A stretch of DNA of 62,842 nt, the filler included. It is 5 parts of 5 records of this genome, joined end to end, with 100 filler letters (N's around TTAATTAATTAA, not from the genome) between each part and the next. Parts side by side here need not be neighbours in the genome. Positions count along the whole stretch, not along the records: positions 34,291 to 40,013 come from SRR22947727_6302; positions 40,114 to 50,312 come from SRR22947727_6320; 3 more parts are not named here. One strand, 5' to 3'. The notes under the pieces were generated by a model. That model worked only from the letters and a program-made list of their open reading frames with translations. It did no database searches and had not been told where the DNA came from. Every line of letters begins with the position of its first letter. Within the stretch, counting starts at the first letter, position 1. Shown here one piece after another: positions 37,813-48,386 of the stretch. Both the position numbers and the translations under genes were made by a program.

Positions 37813-38086
37813 AATAATCGTTTATTTCAAACAGTCATATCAACAAGACAAATTGTCTTTTTGGTTAGAAATGATAATGACCATGTTTAATATCATTGCA
37901 AGTATGACGTTGGCACTCAATGCCACTGACCCGGATATGCGTATTGTGTATCCATTTTTCTTAATTGGATCGGGATTGGCAATTTACACTTTTTACAGAA
38001 GAAAATTAATTTGGCCCACTATGTTGGTTAGTTATTTCTTTTGTGCAAACGCATTAGGTTTTGGTATAGCAATGAGGTGGTGGTAA
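37796..38086 (+). CDS. Small membrane protein (about 3 TM)
   Basis: Three hydrophobic segments. Confidence 0.65.
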   Translation: MAKTNKIIVYFKQSYQQDKLSFWLEMIMTMFNIIASMTLALNATDPDMRIVYPFFLIGSGLAIYTFYRRKLIWPTMLVSYFFCANALGFGIAMRWW

Positions 38087-38385
38087 TGAAGTATATGGTT
38101 GACATCGATAACACAATTTGCTATAATAAAAATAGCAATTACGAACAAAGTCAACCCGATATGGAACGGATTGCAAAGTTGAACAAACTGTTTGATGAAG
38201 GACATGAACTCCATTATTGGACAGCAAGAGGTGGTAATTCTGGAATAGACTGGACAGAACTTACCAACAAGCAACTTAACGATTGGGGAGTAAAACACAC
38301 TTCAATCAATATGAAGAAACCGGTATATGATGTTTGGGTTGATGATAGAGCAGTAAACATAAAGGATTTTTTTAATGAGAATTGA
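38086..38385 (+). CDS. Small HAD-superfamily phosphatase-like protein
   Basis: MVDIDNTIC (DxDxT), WTARG, KP.YD.WVDDRA; ATG overlaps the upstream TAA. Confidence 0.8.
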   Translation: MKYMVDIDNTICYNKNSNYEQSQPDMERIAKLNKLFDEGHELHYWTARGGNSGIDWTELTNKQLNDWGVKHTSINMKKPVYDVWVDDRAVNIKDFFNEN

Positions 38386-39427
38386 TTATAACATACATTT
38401 AGATTATTCAGATGTATTGCTACAACCTAAAAGATCCACATTAAGTTCAAGACGTGATGTTGATATCTTAAGAAAGTTTAAATTTAAAAACAGTGGTAAA
38501 GAACTTACATATGTGCCAATCATGGCAAGTAATATGGATGGGGTAGGAACTTTTTCAATGGCAAGAGTGTTGCAAGAATTTAAAATGCTCACAGTTATTA
38601 GAAAACATTATACCATAGACGATTGGAAACAAGCGGCAGGCACAGGATTAAAATTTAAGTATGTTTCTGCTTGTGTTGGTACTGGAGCAATATGGGATAA
38701 AGATGCACAAGACTATCAAACTCTTAAACAAGTGATGTCAGCATTTCCAGATATTCCTTGTATCACTATCGATGTTGCAAACGCATATCATGAAAATTTT
38801 GTAGACTTCATTTCAAAAATTAGAGACGAGTATCCAGAAAAAGTTATCATTGCTGGTAATGTTGTCACGCCCAACATGACTGAAGAATTAATTATTAAAG
38901 GTGCTGATATTGTGAAAGTTGGAATTGGTCCAGGATCAGTATGTACCACAAGAACACAAACAGGAGTAGGTGTTCCACAATTTTCAGCCATTATGGAATG
39001 TTCAGATGCGGCAAATGGAGTTGGAGGACATATCATTGCTGACGGCGGATGTACTCAGCCAGGTGATGTTTCAAAAGCATTGAGCGGTGGTGCTCACTTT
39101 GTCATGCTTGGTGGTATGTTGGCAGGTCATGAAGAAGGTGAAACTGAATTACGAGATGGTAAAAGATATTTTTATGGAATGAGTTCTGAATCAGCATTCA
39201 CAACACATGGTTCTAGAAAAGATGGATACAGAGGCACAGAAGGCAAAACAGTTGTATTAGATGACAAAGGCTCAGTCAAAGACACTATTGAACAGTTGTT
39301 AGGTGGAGTAAGAAGCACTTGCACTTATATTGGAGCAAGACGTATCAAAGATATGCCTAAAGCGGCACACTTTGTAAGAGTGAACAATGTAATCAACAGA
39401 GTATTTGATAGATATGAAACAAATTAA
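38375..39427 (+). CDS. guaC: GMP reductase
   Basis: LDYSDVLLQPKRSTL.SR, SNMDGVG, IDVANAY, KVGIGPGSVCTTR, FYGMSS, RSTCTYIGA. Confidence 0.94.
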   Translation: MRIDYNIHLDYSDVLLQPKRSTLSSRRDVDILRKFKFKNSGKELTYVPIMASNMDGVGTFSMARVLQEFKMLTVIRKHYTIDDWKQAAGTGLKFKYVSACVGTGAIWDKDAQDYQTLKQVMSAFPDIPCITIDVANAYHENFVDFISKIRDEYPEKVIIAGNVVTPNMTEELIIKGADIVKVGIGPGSVCTTRTQTGVGVPQFSAIMECSDAANGVGGHIIADGGCTQPGDVSKALSGGAHFVMLGGMLAGHEEGETELRDGKRYFYGMSSESAFTTHGSRKDGYRGTEGKTVVLDDKGSVKDTIEQLLGGVRSTCTYIGARRIKDMPKAAHFVRVNNVINRVFDRYETN

Positions 39428-39430
39428 TTT

Positions 39431-39670
39431 ATGAAAAAGGTAACAACAGGCAAAAATCTAAAATGGCTAGCAACCGCAGTATTAATCATAGGCACTTTTA
39501 TAAACGCAGGATTTCCTGAATTATATCCTGTAGGTCCATTGCTTTTGGCTTTGGGTGGAATAATTTGGTTAATAGTATCCTTTCTTTGGAAAGAACCGGC
39601 ACTGATTGTAACAAATTTAGTATTGACAGCAATGGGTTTCGGAGGTATACTATTATATTATATAAAGTAA
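39431..39670 (+). CDS. Small membrane protein (about 3 TM)
   Basis: LKWLAT..., hydrophobic 79-aa ORF. Confidence 0.65.
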   Translation: MKKVTTGKNLKWLATAVLIIGTFINAGFPELYPVGPLLLALGGIIWLIVSFLWKEPALIVTNLVLTAMGFGGILLYYIK

Positions 39671-39673
39671 GGA

Positions 39674-39729
39674 AGAATCATCCACAATTGATTTTAGGTA
39701 TTTTGTCAGCCACAAATGACAAAAAGGAG
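39674..39729 (+). promoter_or_regulatory. Tandem hairpins with a shared 8-nt loop next to the DNA polymerase RBS (candidate translational operator)
   Basis: AGAATCA-TCCACAAT-TGATTTT and TTTTGTCA-GCCACAAA-TGACAAAA, immediately followed by AGGAG and ATG at 39735. Confidence 0.6.
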
Positions 39730-39734
39730 AATAA

Positions 39735-40013
39735 ATGAGTTACATAGACGGATATTTTGACAGAAACTCTGACATCATCAGAGTTGTTGAACGACAAAAC
39801 AAAGAAAGGGTATTCAAAGAATATCCAATCAAATACACATTCTATCATGAAGATCCAGGTGGAAAGTTTAAAAGTACCACAGGTAAACCTTTAAGTAGAA
39901 TTGTTTCAAAGAACACAAAAGATTTTCACAAAGAACTTGCAATTAACAGAAACAAAACATTATTTGAATCTGATATAAATCCTATCTTTCAATGTTTAAG
40001 TGAAAACTATCTT
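39735..40013 (+). CDS. Probable family-B DNA polymerase, N-terminal fragment
   Basis: MSYID..FDR..D.IRVVER....R....YP..YTFY..DP.GK...LFESDINPIFQCL, resembles phage PolB N-termini; catalytic motifs lie beyond the contig end. Confidence 0.7.
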
Positions 40014-40113
40014 NNNNNNNNNNNNNNNNNNNNNNNNNNNNNNNNNNNNNNNNNNNNTTAATTAATTAANNNNNNNNNNNNNNNNNNNNNNNNNNNNNNN
40101 NNNNNNNNNNNNN
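40014..40113. other. Artificial contig-joining spacer
   Basis: N-run/TTAATTAATTAA/N-run. Confidence 0.98.
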
Positions 40114-40115
40114 TG

Positions 40116-40793
40116 CCGCGGTGGCGGGGTGCCGCGCCGATCCAGCGTGCGATCCAAGCCGGCGACAGCGAAACCGGCATTTCGGCAATGATCATGGAAA
40201 CCGGGCTTGATACCGGCCCCGTTGTTGGCGTTCGTCAAACAGCAATCAGCAAGCATGATAATGCCGCCAGCCTGCATGACCGGTTGGCCGATTTGACTGC
40301 GGCATGTCTTGGTGCGGTGATTGACGGTGCGCCAAATAGTTTGGCATCACCAACACCGCAAGCCGATGACGGCATTATCTATGCTGCCAAAATCAGCTCG
40401 GCCGAGGCGATGATTGATTGGCAGCAGCCTGCCGATGTTCTTGATTGTCACATCCGTGCTTTTGCACCCTATCCGGGCGCATGGTGTTTTGCGCCAAAAG
40501 GCCGATTACGCATTTTAGAGGCAAGCCCGATGGTGATGCCAGCGACACAAACGACCGCAACGCACCAGAACGCAGCGCCCCAGAACGCAACGCCCCAGAA
40601 CGCATTGGCTGGCAGCTTTCTTGGCAAGACCGATGATGGTGCAATGATAATCGCTTGTGGGCAAGATGCGCTGAAAATCACAAAGGTACAACCGGCGGGA
40701 AAAACCAGCATGACGGCAAGTGATTTTCTGAACGGGACAGCGCTGGCGATTGGTGCGTTTTTGCATCCTGAAACCAGCCCAGAAACCAAATGA
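40116..40793 (+). CDS. fmt: Methionyl-tRNA formyltransferase, 5'-truncated
   Basis: PRWRGAAPIQRAI..GD.ETG, GLDTGP, YAAKI, IRAFAPYPGAW. Confidence 0.95.
   Translation, partial: PRWRGAAPIQRAIQAGDSETGISAMIMETGLDTGPVVGVRQTAISKHDNAASLHDRLADLTAACLGAVIDGAPNSLASPTPQADDGIIYAAKISSAEAMIDWQQPADVLDCHIRAFAPYPGAWCFAPKGRLRILEASPMVMPATQTTATHQNAAPQNATPQNALAGSFLGKTDDGAMIIACGQDALKITKVQPAGKTSMTASDFLNGTALAIGAFLHPETSPETK
40556..40604 (+). repeat. In-frame 15-bp tandem repeat (about 3.3 copies) inside fmt
   Basis: CGCAACGCACCAGAA/CGCAGCGCCCCAGAA/CGCAACGCCCCAGAA/CGCA encoding ATHQN-AAPQN-ATPQN-A. Confidence 0.85.
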
Positions 40794-41554
40794 CGCGGCG
40801 TATTCTAATCACCATTGAATATGATGGCGGCCCCTTTTCAGGATGGCAGCGTCAGGATAATGCCGATTCGGTTCAGGCCCGGATTGAAGATGCCGCCGCA
40901 GCTTTTTTATTGGCACCAGTTGCGGTTGCCGGCGCAGGGCGCACCGATTCGGGCGTTCATGCCACCGCGCAGGCAGCGCATCTTGACGTTCCCGATAAAT
41001 TCACCGCCAACAGGGTGATGGAGGCGTTGAACGCCCATCTTGCCAGAATGCCGATCAGCATTCGACATGCGGTTGAGGTGCCAGCCAAATTTCATGCCCG
41101 ATTCAGTGCCATTGGCAGGCGCTATTTATACCGGATTTTGCCGCGCCGCCAACCGCCAGCGCTTGATGCCGAACGGGTCTGGCATCACAAACACCCGCTT
41201 GATCCAATAGCGATGGCAAACGCTGCCAAACATTTGCTTGGGCGGCATGATTTCACCAGTTTTCGGGCAAGCCAATGTCAGGCTGAATCACCCTTGCGGA
41301 CGCTTGCTCGTTTGGATGTTGAAAAGGTTGGTGATGAAATTCACATTCATGCCGAGGCGCGGTCATTCCTGCATCACCAAGTGCGTAATATCACCGGAAC
41401 TTTGGCGCTTGTTGGCACTGGTAAATGGCACGCCGATGATGTGAAAACCGCGCTTGCTGCCTGTGACCGCAGTGCGGCTGGCCCAACCGCCCCGCCCGAG
41501 GGCTTGTATCTTGTTGGGGTTGATTATCCGCCGATGGCTGGCAGTCGCGACTGA
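40790..41554 (+). CDS. truA: tRNA pseudouridine(38-40) synthase
   Basis: IEYDG..F.GWQRQ, AGRTDSGVHA, FHARFSA, HDFTSFR, FLHHQVR, TAPPEGLYL. Confidence 0.97.
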   Translation: MTRRILITIEYDGGPFSGWQRQDNADSVQARIEDAAAAFLLAPVAVAGAGRTDSGVHATAQAAHLDVPDKFTANRVMEALNAHLARMPISIRHAVEVPAKFHARFSAIGRRYLYRILPRRQPPALDAERVWHHKHPLDPIAMANAAKHLLGRHDFTSFRASQCQAESPLRTLARLDVEKVGDEIHIHAEARSFLHHQVRNITGTLALVGTGKWHADDVKTALAACDRSAAGPTAPPEGLYLVGVDYPPMAGSRD

Positions 41555-42090
41555 AGCATATAAAGAAGGCTGACATCGATCATGAATGATAGGGCGATGA
41601 ACCCTGCCGCTACCAAGCCGCCCTTGCCGACGATATCGCGGCCAATCCGCCACAACCAATAGCAGGTCCAAACGGCAACCGGCAAAATCGAAATCATCAG
41701 CGTTTGATCACCGGTCATCACGGTCAGGCTTTGAACAATGCCGCCAAGAAGCTGTTGCAGATTTTCGATCCATAAAAATGGCACGATAAACGGCAATAAC
41801 TTATCTGGTCGGCCAAGCGCTTTTAATAACAGATTGATCAAAAGCACCAGCATGACAACGCCGATCAATTGCAAAAGCAGCGCCGCGAAAAACAGGTTTG
41901 GAGTTGCCTCAAGCCCCGGATAAATCGTAACCAAAAGCGTAAAGACAATCGACGCTGCAACTGCCTGCCAAACCCCCGCTGGCGATGTGTCATAACTGCC
42001 AATCGCTGGTTTTCGGCCAAGCATGACAAGCAATGTCACCCGAATCAGGGCGAACAGGCTTGATGGTGATAGATTGGGCAAAGATGCCAT
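41524..42090 (-). CDS. Hypothetical membrane protein
   Basis: About five hydrophobic segments; directly downstream of dapE. Confidence 0.7.
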   Translation of the reverse strand: MASLPNLSPSSLFALIRVTLLVMLGRKPAIGSYDTSPAGVWQAVAASIVFTLLVTIYPGLEATPNLFFAALLLQLIGVVMLVLLINLLLKALGRPDKLLPFIVPFLWIENLQQLLGGIVQSLTVMTGDQTLMISILPVAVWTCYWLWRIGRDIVGKGGLVAAGFIALSFMIDVSLLYMLQSRLPAIGG

Positions 42091-43233
42091 TTAAGAGCCA
42101 CCCTTAAAAAAACGAACCAGCATTTCATGATAGATTTTCGCAAGCTGGTCGATGTCAGCAGCGTCAACATGCTCATCGACCTGATGCATGGTTTGACCAA
42201 CAAGGCCAAATTCGGCAACGGGACAGATATTTGTGATAAAGCGCGCATCCGATGTGCCACCGCTTGTTGATAGAACCGGCTTTTGTCCGGTGACCGATTC
42301 AATCGCTGCCTGCATCAATGCGGTAAAGCTGCCGACAGGCGTTACAAAGGGCTGTGCCGAGGCACGCCATGTCGCTGTCCATTCGCCGCCAACACGGTTG
42401 AAATGTTCTTCTAGCCAACCAATTAAATCATCTGAATTATGTTCGGTATTGAACCGGATATTGAACTTGGCCGATACGGATGCGGGAATGACATTGCCAG
42501 CTTCGTTGCCGGTATCGATGCTGGTCACATTCGCCGTTGACGGGTCAAAATAATCATTGCCGCCATCAAGCGCGGTGCCATTCACCGGTGCCAACATCGC
42601 AATCAAGCGGGTAATCGGATTATCGGCCAGATGCGGATAGGCAACATGGCCTTGCACCCCGTCAACGCGCAATTGGCAGGACAGGCTGCCACGACGGCCA
42701 TTTTTAATCACATCGCCAAGACGTGATGGATTGGTTGGCTCGCCAACAACGCACACATCTGGCACCTGATCATTCGCCTGTAACCATTCAACCATCTTAA
42801 CCGTGCCAAAATCAGCATCGCCTTCTTCATCACCGGTGATGATAAAGCTGATTGATCCTGAATCACCGGCACCATCAAGGGCGGATACAGCGGCAACAAA
42901 AGCGGCGATGCCGCCTTTCATATCAGCCGTGCCACGGCCATATAATTTGCCATCGACAAGCGTGCCGCCAAAAGGGTCATGCTGCCATTGCGCGGCATCT
43001 CCAACCGGCACAACATCAGTATGACCAGCAAAGGCAAAATGAGGGCTGCCCTTCCCGCGGCGTGCAAACAGATTATCAATCCGCTTGTCCCCAGCGCCAA
43101 AAGGCAATCTTGTGCAGTCAAAACCAAGCCTGGTGAATTCATCCTGCAACAGATCAAGCGCCCCGCCCTCAATCGGTGTTACCGATGGGCAGCGCACAAG
43201 TCTTTGCGCAAGTTGAACCGCATAGGATGGCAT
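42091..43233 (-). CDS. dapE: Succinyl-diaminopimelate desuccinylase
   Basis: FAGHTDVVP, GRGTADMKG, GDEE, GEPT, GRRGS, GHVAYP, GGTSDARF. Confidence 0.97.
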   Translation of the reverse strand: MPSYAVQLAQRLVRCPSVTPIEGGALDLLQDEFTRLGFDCTRLPFGAGDKRIDNLFARRGKGSPHFAFAGHTDVVPVGDAAQWQHDPFGGTLVDGKLYGRGTADMKGGIAAFVAAVSALDGAGDSGSISFIITGDEEGDADFGTVKMVEWLQANDQVPDVCVVGEPTNPSRLGDVIKNGRRGSLSCQLRVDGVQGHVAYPHLADNPITRLIAMLAPVNGTALDGGNDYFDPSTANVTSIDTGNEAGNVIPASVSAKFNIRFNTEHNSDDLIGWLEEHFNRVGGEWTATWRASAQPFVTPVGSFTALMQAAIESVTGQKPVLSTSGGTSDARFITNICPVAEFGLVGQTMHQVDEHVDAADIDQLAKIYHEMLVRFFKGGS

Positions 43234-43237
43234 GGTT

Positions 43238-44098
43238 TTAATCTCTCAAAAGATCATTTACAGATGTTTTTGCACGGGTCTTTTCATCAACTTTTTTGAT
43301 GATTACGGCGCAATATAGTGACGGGCCAGGTGACCCATCGGCCAATGGCTTGCCGGGAAGGCTGCCAGGCACAACAACTGAATAGGCTGGTACGCGGCCA
43401 ATATGCACTTCGCCGGTTACCCGATCGACAATTTTGGTCGAAGCGCCAATAAACACGCCCATCGACAAAACCGCACCGGTTTCAACAACGACACCTTCAA
43501 CAACTTCTGAACGAGCACCGATAAAACAATCATCTTCAATGATAACCGGCCCGGCCTGCAAAGGTTCCAAAACCCCGCCGATACCAGCCCCGCCGGACAG
43601 ATGCACATTCTTGCCAATCTGCGCGCATGATCCAACTGTTGCCCATGTATCAACCATTGTTCCGCTGCCAACATAGGCACCAAGATTCACAAAGCTTGGC
43701 ATCAAGACGGCATTTGGTGCGATAAAGGCGGAATGGCGAACAATACAGCCCGGAACGGCACGAAAGCCGGCGTCGCGGAAACGCGCTTCATCCCAGCCGC
43801 TAAATTTTGGCGGCACCTTGTCCCACCACACAGACTCGCCCGCACCCTTATAGATGGTTCCACTTGGGATGGTTTGCATATCATTCAGACGAAATGATAA
43901 AAGCACCGCTTTTTTCAGCCATTGATTCACCGTCCATTGATGATCGCCAGCCGGTTCTGCGACACGCGCCGTTCCAGAATCAAGCAAAGCAAGCGCATCT
44001 GCAATAGCGTCACGAACCGCCCCTGTGGTCGAGGTGTTTACCGCATCACGATTGTCCCATGCGGCGTTGATTTCGGTTTTAAGTTGCGCCAAATCCAT
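43238..44098 (-). CDS. dapD: Tetrahydrodipicolinate N-succinyltransferase
   Basis: [19 protein letters not shown], hexapeptide repeats, GGVLEPLQA. Confidence 0.97.
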   Translation of the reverse strand: MDLAQLKTEINAAWDNRDAVNTSTTGAVRDAIADALALLDSGTARVAEPAGDHQWTVNQWLKKAVLLSFRLNDMQTIPSGTIYKGAGESVWWDKVPPKFSGWDEARFRDAGFRAVPGCIVRHSAFIAPNAVLMPSFVNLGAYVGSGTMVDTWATVGSCAQIGKNVHLSGGAGIGGVLEPLQAGPVIIEDDCFIGARSEVVEGVVVETGAVLSMGVFIGASTKIVDRVTGEVHIGRVPAYSVVVPGSLPGKPLADGSPGPSLYCAVIIKKVDEKTRAKTSVNDLLRD

Positions 44099-44200
44099 GC
44101 TTTTTCTCCTTAAATTTGACAGGCCAATTGCCCGCCCCTGACGTTATAGCGTTTACCGGCCCATGCGTCCATGATGCCGTCACGTCAGTCTTTTGATTGA

Positions 44201-44887
44201 TCACCCAGCAAGGGCAAGCGAGCGCAAAAACCCCTTTAGGTCATCGGCTTTAAAATGCACATAAGCTTCATCCGAGCCGCGATTAGCCCATTCAATATCA
44301 CTTGCCAGCCAAACCGTACGCATGCCAAGCGCCGCTGCGGGCTGCAGATTGGCGGCCATATCTTCGATCATGACCGCACCATTCGGGTCAATGCCGGTCT
44401 GTTTTAAAAAACAATCAAAGGCATATTGATCTGGCTTGGGAATATAATCGGCGGCAACAATATCAAAAATCTGATCAAAATGATGACGAACACCATAGGC
44501 CAATAAAATATTTTCCGCATGCGGAACGGTGCCGTTGGTAAAAATATGTTTCCGCCCGGGCAACGCGGTTAACATGGAATCAAGCTCTTGGTCATGGTCA
44601 AGATCACTAACATCAATATCATGGACATAATCGAGATAGACTTTGGGCTGGATATTTTCTTCGCTCATCATGCCGCGCATGGTGGTTCCATAGCGGTGAA
44701 ACAAATCCTTTTGAATCACCCGCGCAGCATCATCCGCAACATTATAATGCGCCGCAACAAATTCGGTAATCCGAACCGATACGCGGCGAAACAGATTTGT
44801 TTTGGCCGGATAGATGGTGTTATCGAGATCGAAAATCCAGTCACCGATCGATTGGGTTGGAAAAGCAGCGGTCATAATGGTTATCAT
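44201..44887 (-). CDS. Pyrimidine 5'-nucleotidase (HAD family)
   Basis: WIFDLDNTIY, YGTT, IFTNG, PKP, IEDMAANL. Confidence 0.9.
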   Translation of the reverse strand: MITIMTAAFPTQSIGDWIFDLDNTIYPAKTNLFRRVSVRITEFVAAHYNVADDAARVIQKDLFHRYGTTMRGMMSEENIQPKVYLDYVHDIDVSDLDHDQELDSMLTALPGRKHIFTNGTVPHAENILLAYGVRHHFDQIFDIVAADYIPKPDQYAFDCFLKQTGIDPNGAVMIEDMAANLQPAAALGMRTVWLASDIEWANRGSDEAYVHFKADDLKGFLRSLALAG

Positions 44888-44907
44888 TCTTCCTAATCAA
44901 AAATACA

Positions 44908-45822
44908 TTAATCAGCAGTGATCATGGTTCCCATACCATGTTCGGTGAATAATTCTACAAGAAGCGCATGCGGTGCGCGGCCATCCATGATTACCGCGCC
45001 TTCAGCACCGCCTTGAACAGCATCAATACAGGTTTTAACTTTTGGAATCATGCCGCCAGAAACCGTACCATCATGGATCAAGGCTTCGGCTTGGCTAATC
45101 GTTAGGCTGCTAATCAATTTGCCGTTCTTGTCCAAAACCCCTGATACATCGGTAAGCATTAACATGCGCGTTGCATTCAAGGCTGCGGCAATGGCACCCG
45201 CTGCGGTATCGGCATTGATATTATAGGTCTTGCCATCTTCGCCACTGCCAACCGGTGCAACAACGGGAATCAAATGATGCTGCATCAGCGCATTTAACAC
45301 AGTCACATCAACATGTGATGGCTCGCCAACAAAGCCAAGATCAACCGCTTGCTGAATCGCACTGTCGCTGGCTTTTGCCACTGCCATCAATTTCCGGGCG
45401 GTAAGCAGCCCACCATCCTTGCCAGACACGCCAACAGCGCGTCCTCCGGCACCAGCAATCGCGGCGACAAGCGCCTTGTTAATGCCGCCGGCAAGAACCA
45501 TTTCAACAACCGAAATCGTGGCTTCATCGGTGACGCGCAGACCATCAATAAAGCTTGATTCGATTTGCAATTTTTTCAGCATATCGCCAATTTGTGGCCC
45601 GCCGCCATGAACCACAACCGGCCTTGCGCCAACCTGATCCAGTAAAGCGATATCGGCGGCAAACGCATTCACATAATCAGCCTTGCCCATCGCATGGCCG
45701 CCAAATTTAACAAGGATGGTTTTGCCAGAATAGCGGCGCATAAACGGAAGTGCCTCGATAAGCATTCCGGTTTTCGCCAGCAGATCAACCTGCATCTGGT
45801 CAGCTGAATTTTCCATCTTCAT
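44908..45822 (-). CDS. argB: Acetylglutamate kinase
   Basis: [41 protein letters not shown]. Confidence 0.97.
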   Translation of the reverse strand: MKMENSADQMQVDLLAKTGMLIEALPFMRRYSGKTILVKFGGHAMGKADYVNAFAADIALLDQVGARPVVVHGGGPQIGDMLKKLQIESSFIDGLRVTDEATISVVEMVLAGGINKALVAAIAGAGGRAVGVSGKDGGLLTARKLMAVAKASDSAIQQAVDLGFVGEPSHVDVTVLNALMQHHLIPVVAPVGSGEDGKTYNINADTAAGAIAAALNATRMLMLTDVSGVLDKNGKLISSLTISQAEALIHDGTVSGGMIPKVKTCIDAVQGGAEGAVIMDGRAPHALLVELFTEHGMGTMITAD

Positions 45823-45987
45823 CGCCTTTACAGCAAGGGCCATATCAGGCCGGATTTTTCGAAAAAAGAGCGCTGATGCCAATGGCCTTGCGCCTATTTA
45901 CTGCGCTGATTATCGGCAATCCGGCCAAGAGCGCAATAGCTTGGCGAAATTTAATTCGGTTTTGGGTGTTAAATTGCGTTTCCCGCT

Positions 45988-46665
45988 TTAGGGGGCAGTT
46001 CGATCGGCCTTTGGCAGAGCAAATCCCGACAAATGCGCCCGTAATGCCTCAATGCCGGTTCCATCTTCAGATGAGGTGATGAATAATTCGGGATAGGCGG
46101 CAACATACTTACTGATTTTTGCTTTGGTTTCCTTGCATATTTTCGCCAGGGATTCAGCCTTTTGTTTATCGGCTTTGGTTATCACCACCGCCCATGACAC
46201 AGCCGTTTCATCAAGAAGCGCCATGATATCATGATCGGCTGGGCCAACACCGCGCCGACTATCAATCAGCAAAAATACCCGCTGCAAGGACGGGCGACCG
46301 GCAAGATATTTGCGGGTGAGATTGGTCCAGGCTTTGATGTCGGTTTTTGGGGCGGAGGCATAGCCATAGCCGGGCAAATCAACCAATTGCAGACGATCGG
46401 CAAGATTGAAAAAAATCAATTGCCGTGTCCGGCCCGGCGTTTGCGATGTCCGCGCCAGCATTCGCCGTCCGGTCAATCCATTCACCAGTGAGGATTTGCC
46501 AACATTCGATCGGCCAGCAAAGCAGATTTCCGGCAAGGTAACCGGCGGCAATGCCTTCATATTATTGGCGGCAGCGATAAAATCACACTGGCCGGCAAAA
46601 AGCAGCCGACCAGCCTCATTTGTGATGGCTAGCCGCTCTTCGCCACTTGTTTCATGATGTACCAT
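45988..46665 (-). CDS. yihA: Ribosome biogenesis GTPase YihA/EngB
   Basis: GRSNVGKSS, TPGRT, DLPGYG, TKADK; start codon approximate. Confidence 0.95.
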   Translation of the reverse strand: MVHHETSGEERLAITNEAGRLLFAGQCDFIAAANNMKALPPVTLPEICFAGRSNVGKSSLVNGLTGRRMLARTSQTPGRTRQLIFFNLADRLQLVDLPGYGYASAPKTDIKAWTNLTRKYLAGRPSLQRVFLLIDSRRGVGPADHDIMALLDETAVSWAVVITKADKQKAESLAKICKETKAKISKYVAAYPELFITSSEDGTGIEALRAHLSGFALPKADRTAP

Positions 46666-48386
46666 TGCTGCGCCATTGAAAGAAGGTTGTTCCATGTCCA
46701 GTAAATTACCAAACCGGCTGGGAAAGTGGCTAGCAGGAAAGTAAAAAACACCGGCATCCACTGGAATACTTTAGCCTGGATTGGATCAGGCGGCGTCGGA
46801 TTCAAGCGCATTTGCAAAAACATGGAAATACCCATGAAAATTGGCCATAAGCCTAATTGTAAGAATGGCGGTAGAAAATCGACGGAGAAGGGTAATAAGC
46901 CAAAGATATTGAAAATCGATGTCGGGTCGGGTGCTGACAAATCGGCGATCCAGCCAAAGAAAGGCGCATGTCGCATTTCGATGGTGACAAACAACACCTT
47001 ATAAAGCGCGAAAAACACCGGAATCTGCAAAAGCACCGGCAAACAACCTGCGGCTGGATTGACCTTTTCCGCCTTATAAAGTGCCATCATTTCTTGGTTC
47101 AGCTTCATCCGGTCATCACCAAACCGCTCGCGAAGCGATTGCAGCTTTGGTGTTAGAATCCGCATCTTTGCCATCGAACGATAGGACTTATTGGCAAGTG
47201 GGAAAAAGGCAAGCTTTACAACAACGGTAAAGGCCAATGTCGCTACACCAAAATTACCAAACAAATTGAACAGCCAGTCAATGGCATAGAAAAACGGCTT
47301 GGTAAGGAAATAGAACCAGCCAAAATCAATCGCCAGATCGAAATTGGGAATGCCCAATTCTTCTTCGTAATAATCCAGCAAAGCCACTTTCTTGGCGCCG
47401 GCAAAAAGCCGTCCTTGCGTGCTTACGGCCGAACCAGCGGCCAAGGTCAAACCAACATTATCGATATAATCGACTTGATAGCGGTCGGTCTTGCCCGGCA
47501 ATGATTGAAAGCTGTAGGTGAATTTTTCCTGCTGCGATGGCAATAATGCCGCAAGCCAGTATTTATCGGTGATACCGATCCAGCCACCCGCAGCCTCTGG
47601 TGCGACTTTCATGCCGCCGACAGGGGCGTCTCTCAAATCCGAATAATCTTCTTCTTTCAGGGTTGCGTCAAAAACGCCAAGTGCACCCTCATGCAGAATG
47701 TAAATTCCGCTTGTTGGCGGCGTTCCTTGACGGCGTACCAAACCAAAAGGATACATGGTGATTGCTGTGTCAAGGCTGCTGACAACCGAATCATCATAAG
47801 TGATCAGATAATCATTATTGATTGAAATCTTACGAGTGAAAACCAGACCTCGGCCATTGTCCCAGCGCAAGGTTACCGGACTTGATGGTGATAACAGATC
47901 ACGATCAGCCGCCCATAGAGTTTGAGCTGATGGCATTGGCTGGTCTGCATCTGAACTCGCCCATCCAAATTCGGCAAAAAAGGGTGCTTGTGAACTGGTC
48001 TTTTTCAAAAAGTGAATATTTTCTGATTTGGCATCTAAAGTTTCGCGATAGCCAGTCAGAATAATATCATCGATCCGCGCGCCCTGAAGCGAGAACGAGC
48101 CTTGAACTAATGGCGCGTCAATGGTGATGCGTTTGGCAGTGTCGGCGGTTGCGACACCCTGTTCTGCCACGCCTGGCGTCACATTGATTGCCTCAACGGA
48201 ACTGGCGATTGCTGGTGTGCCATCGACAGTTTGTGTCTTCGCAATTGCCGCCTGCTGTTCCACAATCAGGGCTTGTTGCGCCTGATCTTTTTCCAGTTCG
48301 GGCTGAATGACCAATATCTGCCAGCCAAACAAAACAGCCATTGACAGCGCAACGGCCAGAATCAGATTACGATTTTCGGGAGTCAT
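46629..48386 (-). CDS. yidC: Membrane protein insertase YidC
   Basis: [37 protein letters not shown]-like [17 protein letters not shown]. Confidence 0.97.
   Translation of the reverse strand: MTPENRNLILAVALSMAVLFGWQILVIQPELEKDQAQQALIVEQQAAIAKTQTVDGTPAIASSVEAINVTPGVAEQGVATADTAKRITIDAPLVQGSFSLQGARIDDIILTGYRETLDAKSENIHFLKKTSSQAPFFAEFGWASSDADQPMPSAQTLWAADRDLLSPSSPVTLRWDNGRGLVFTRKISINNDYLITYDDSVVSSLDTAITMYPFGLVRRQGTPPTSGIYILHEGALGVFDATLKEEDYSDLRDAPVGGMKVAPEAAGGWIGITDKYWLAALLPSQQEKFTYSFQSLPGKTDRYQVDYIDNVGLTLAAGSAVSTQGRLFAGAKKVALLDYYEEELGIPNFDLAIDFGWFYFLTKPFFYAIDWLFNLFGNFGVATLAFTVVVKLAFFPLANKSYRSMAKMRILTPKLQSLRERFGDDRMKLNQEMMALYKAEKVNPAAGCLPVLLQIPVFFALYKVLFVTIEMRHAPFFGWIADLSAPDPTSIFNIFGLLPFSVDFLPPFLQLGLWPIFMGISMFLQMRLNPTPPDPIQAKVFQWMPVFFTFLLATFPAGLVIYWTWNNLLSMAQQWYIMKQVAKSG

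Noticed and set aside
14176-40013. Reading the phage genes as a prophage or island inside an alphaproteobacterial chromosome, or as one phage
   Set aside because: All boundaries are artificial spacers, genes are cut at each junction, no integrase is present, and the two phage contigs differ in composition and gene style
34291-40013. Alternative genetic code in the second phage
   Set aside because: Recognisable genes (Prx, rubrerythrin, guaC) are full length under the standard code and coding density is high
40556-40604. Short direct repeats as a CRISPR array
   Set aside because: 15-bp units without spacers, in frame within fmt; I saw no CRISPR array or cas gene anywhere in the window
22160-40793. 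Apparent functional links across contigs (phage def with bacterial fmt; phage sulfotransferases with the PVC sulfatase)
   Set aside because: Different source genomes; proximity in the window is meaningless
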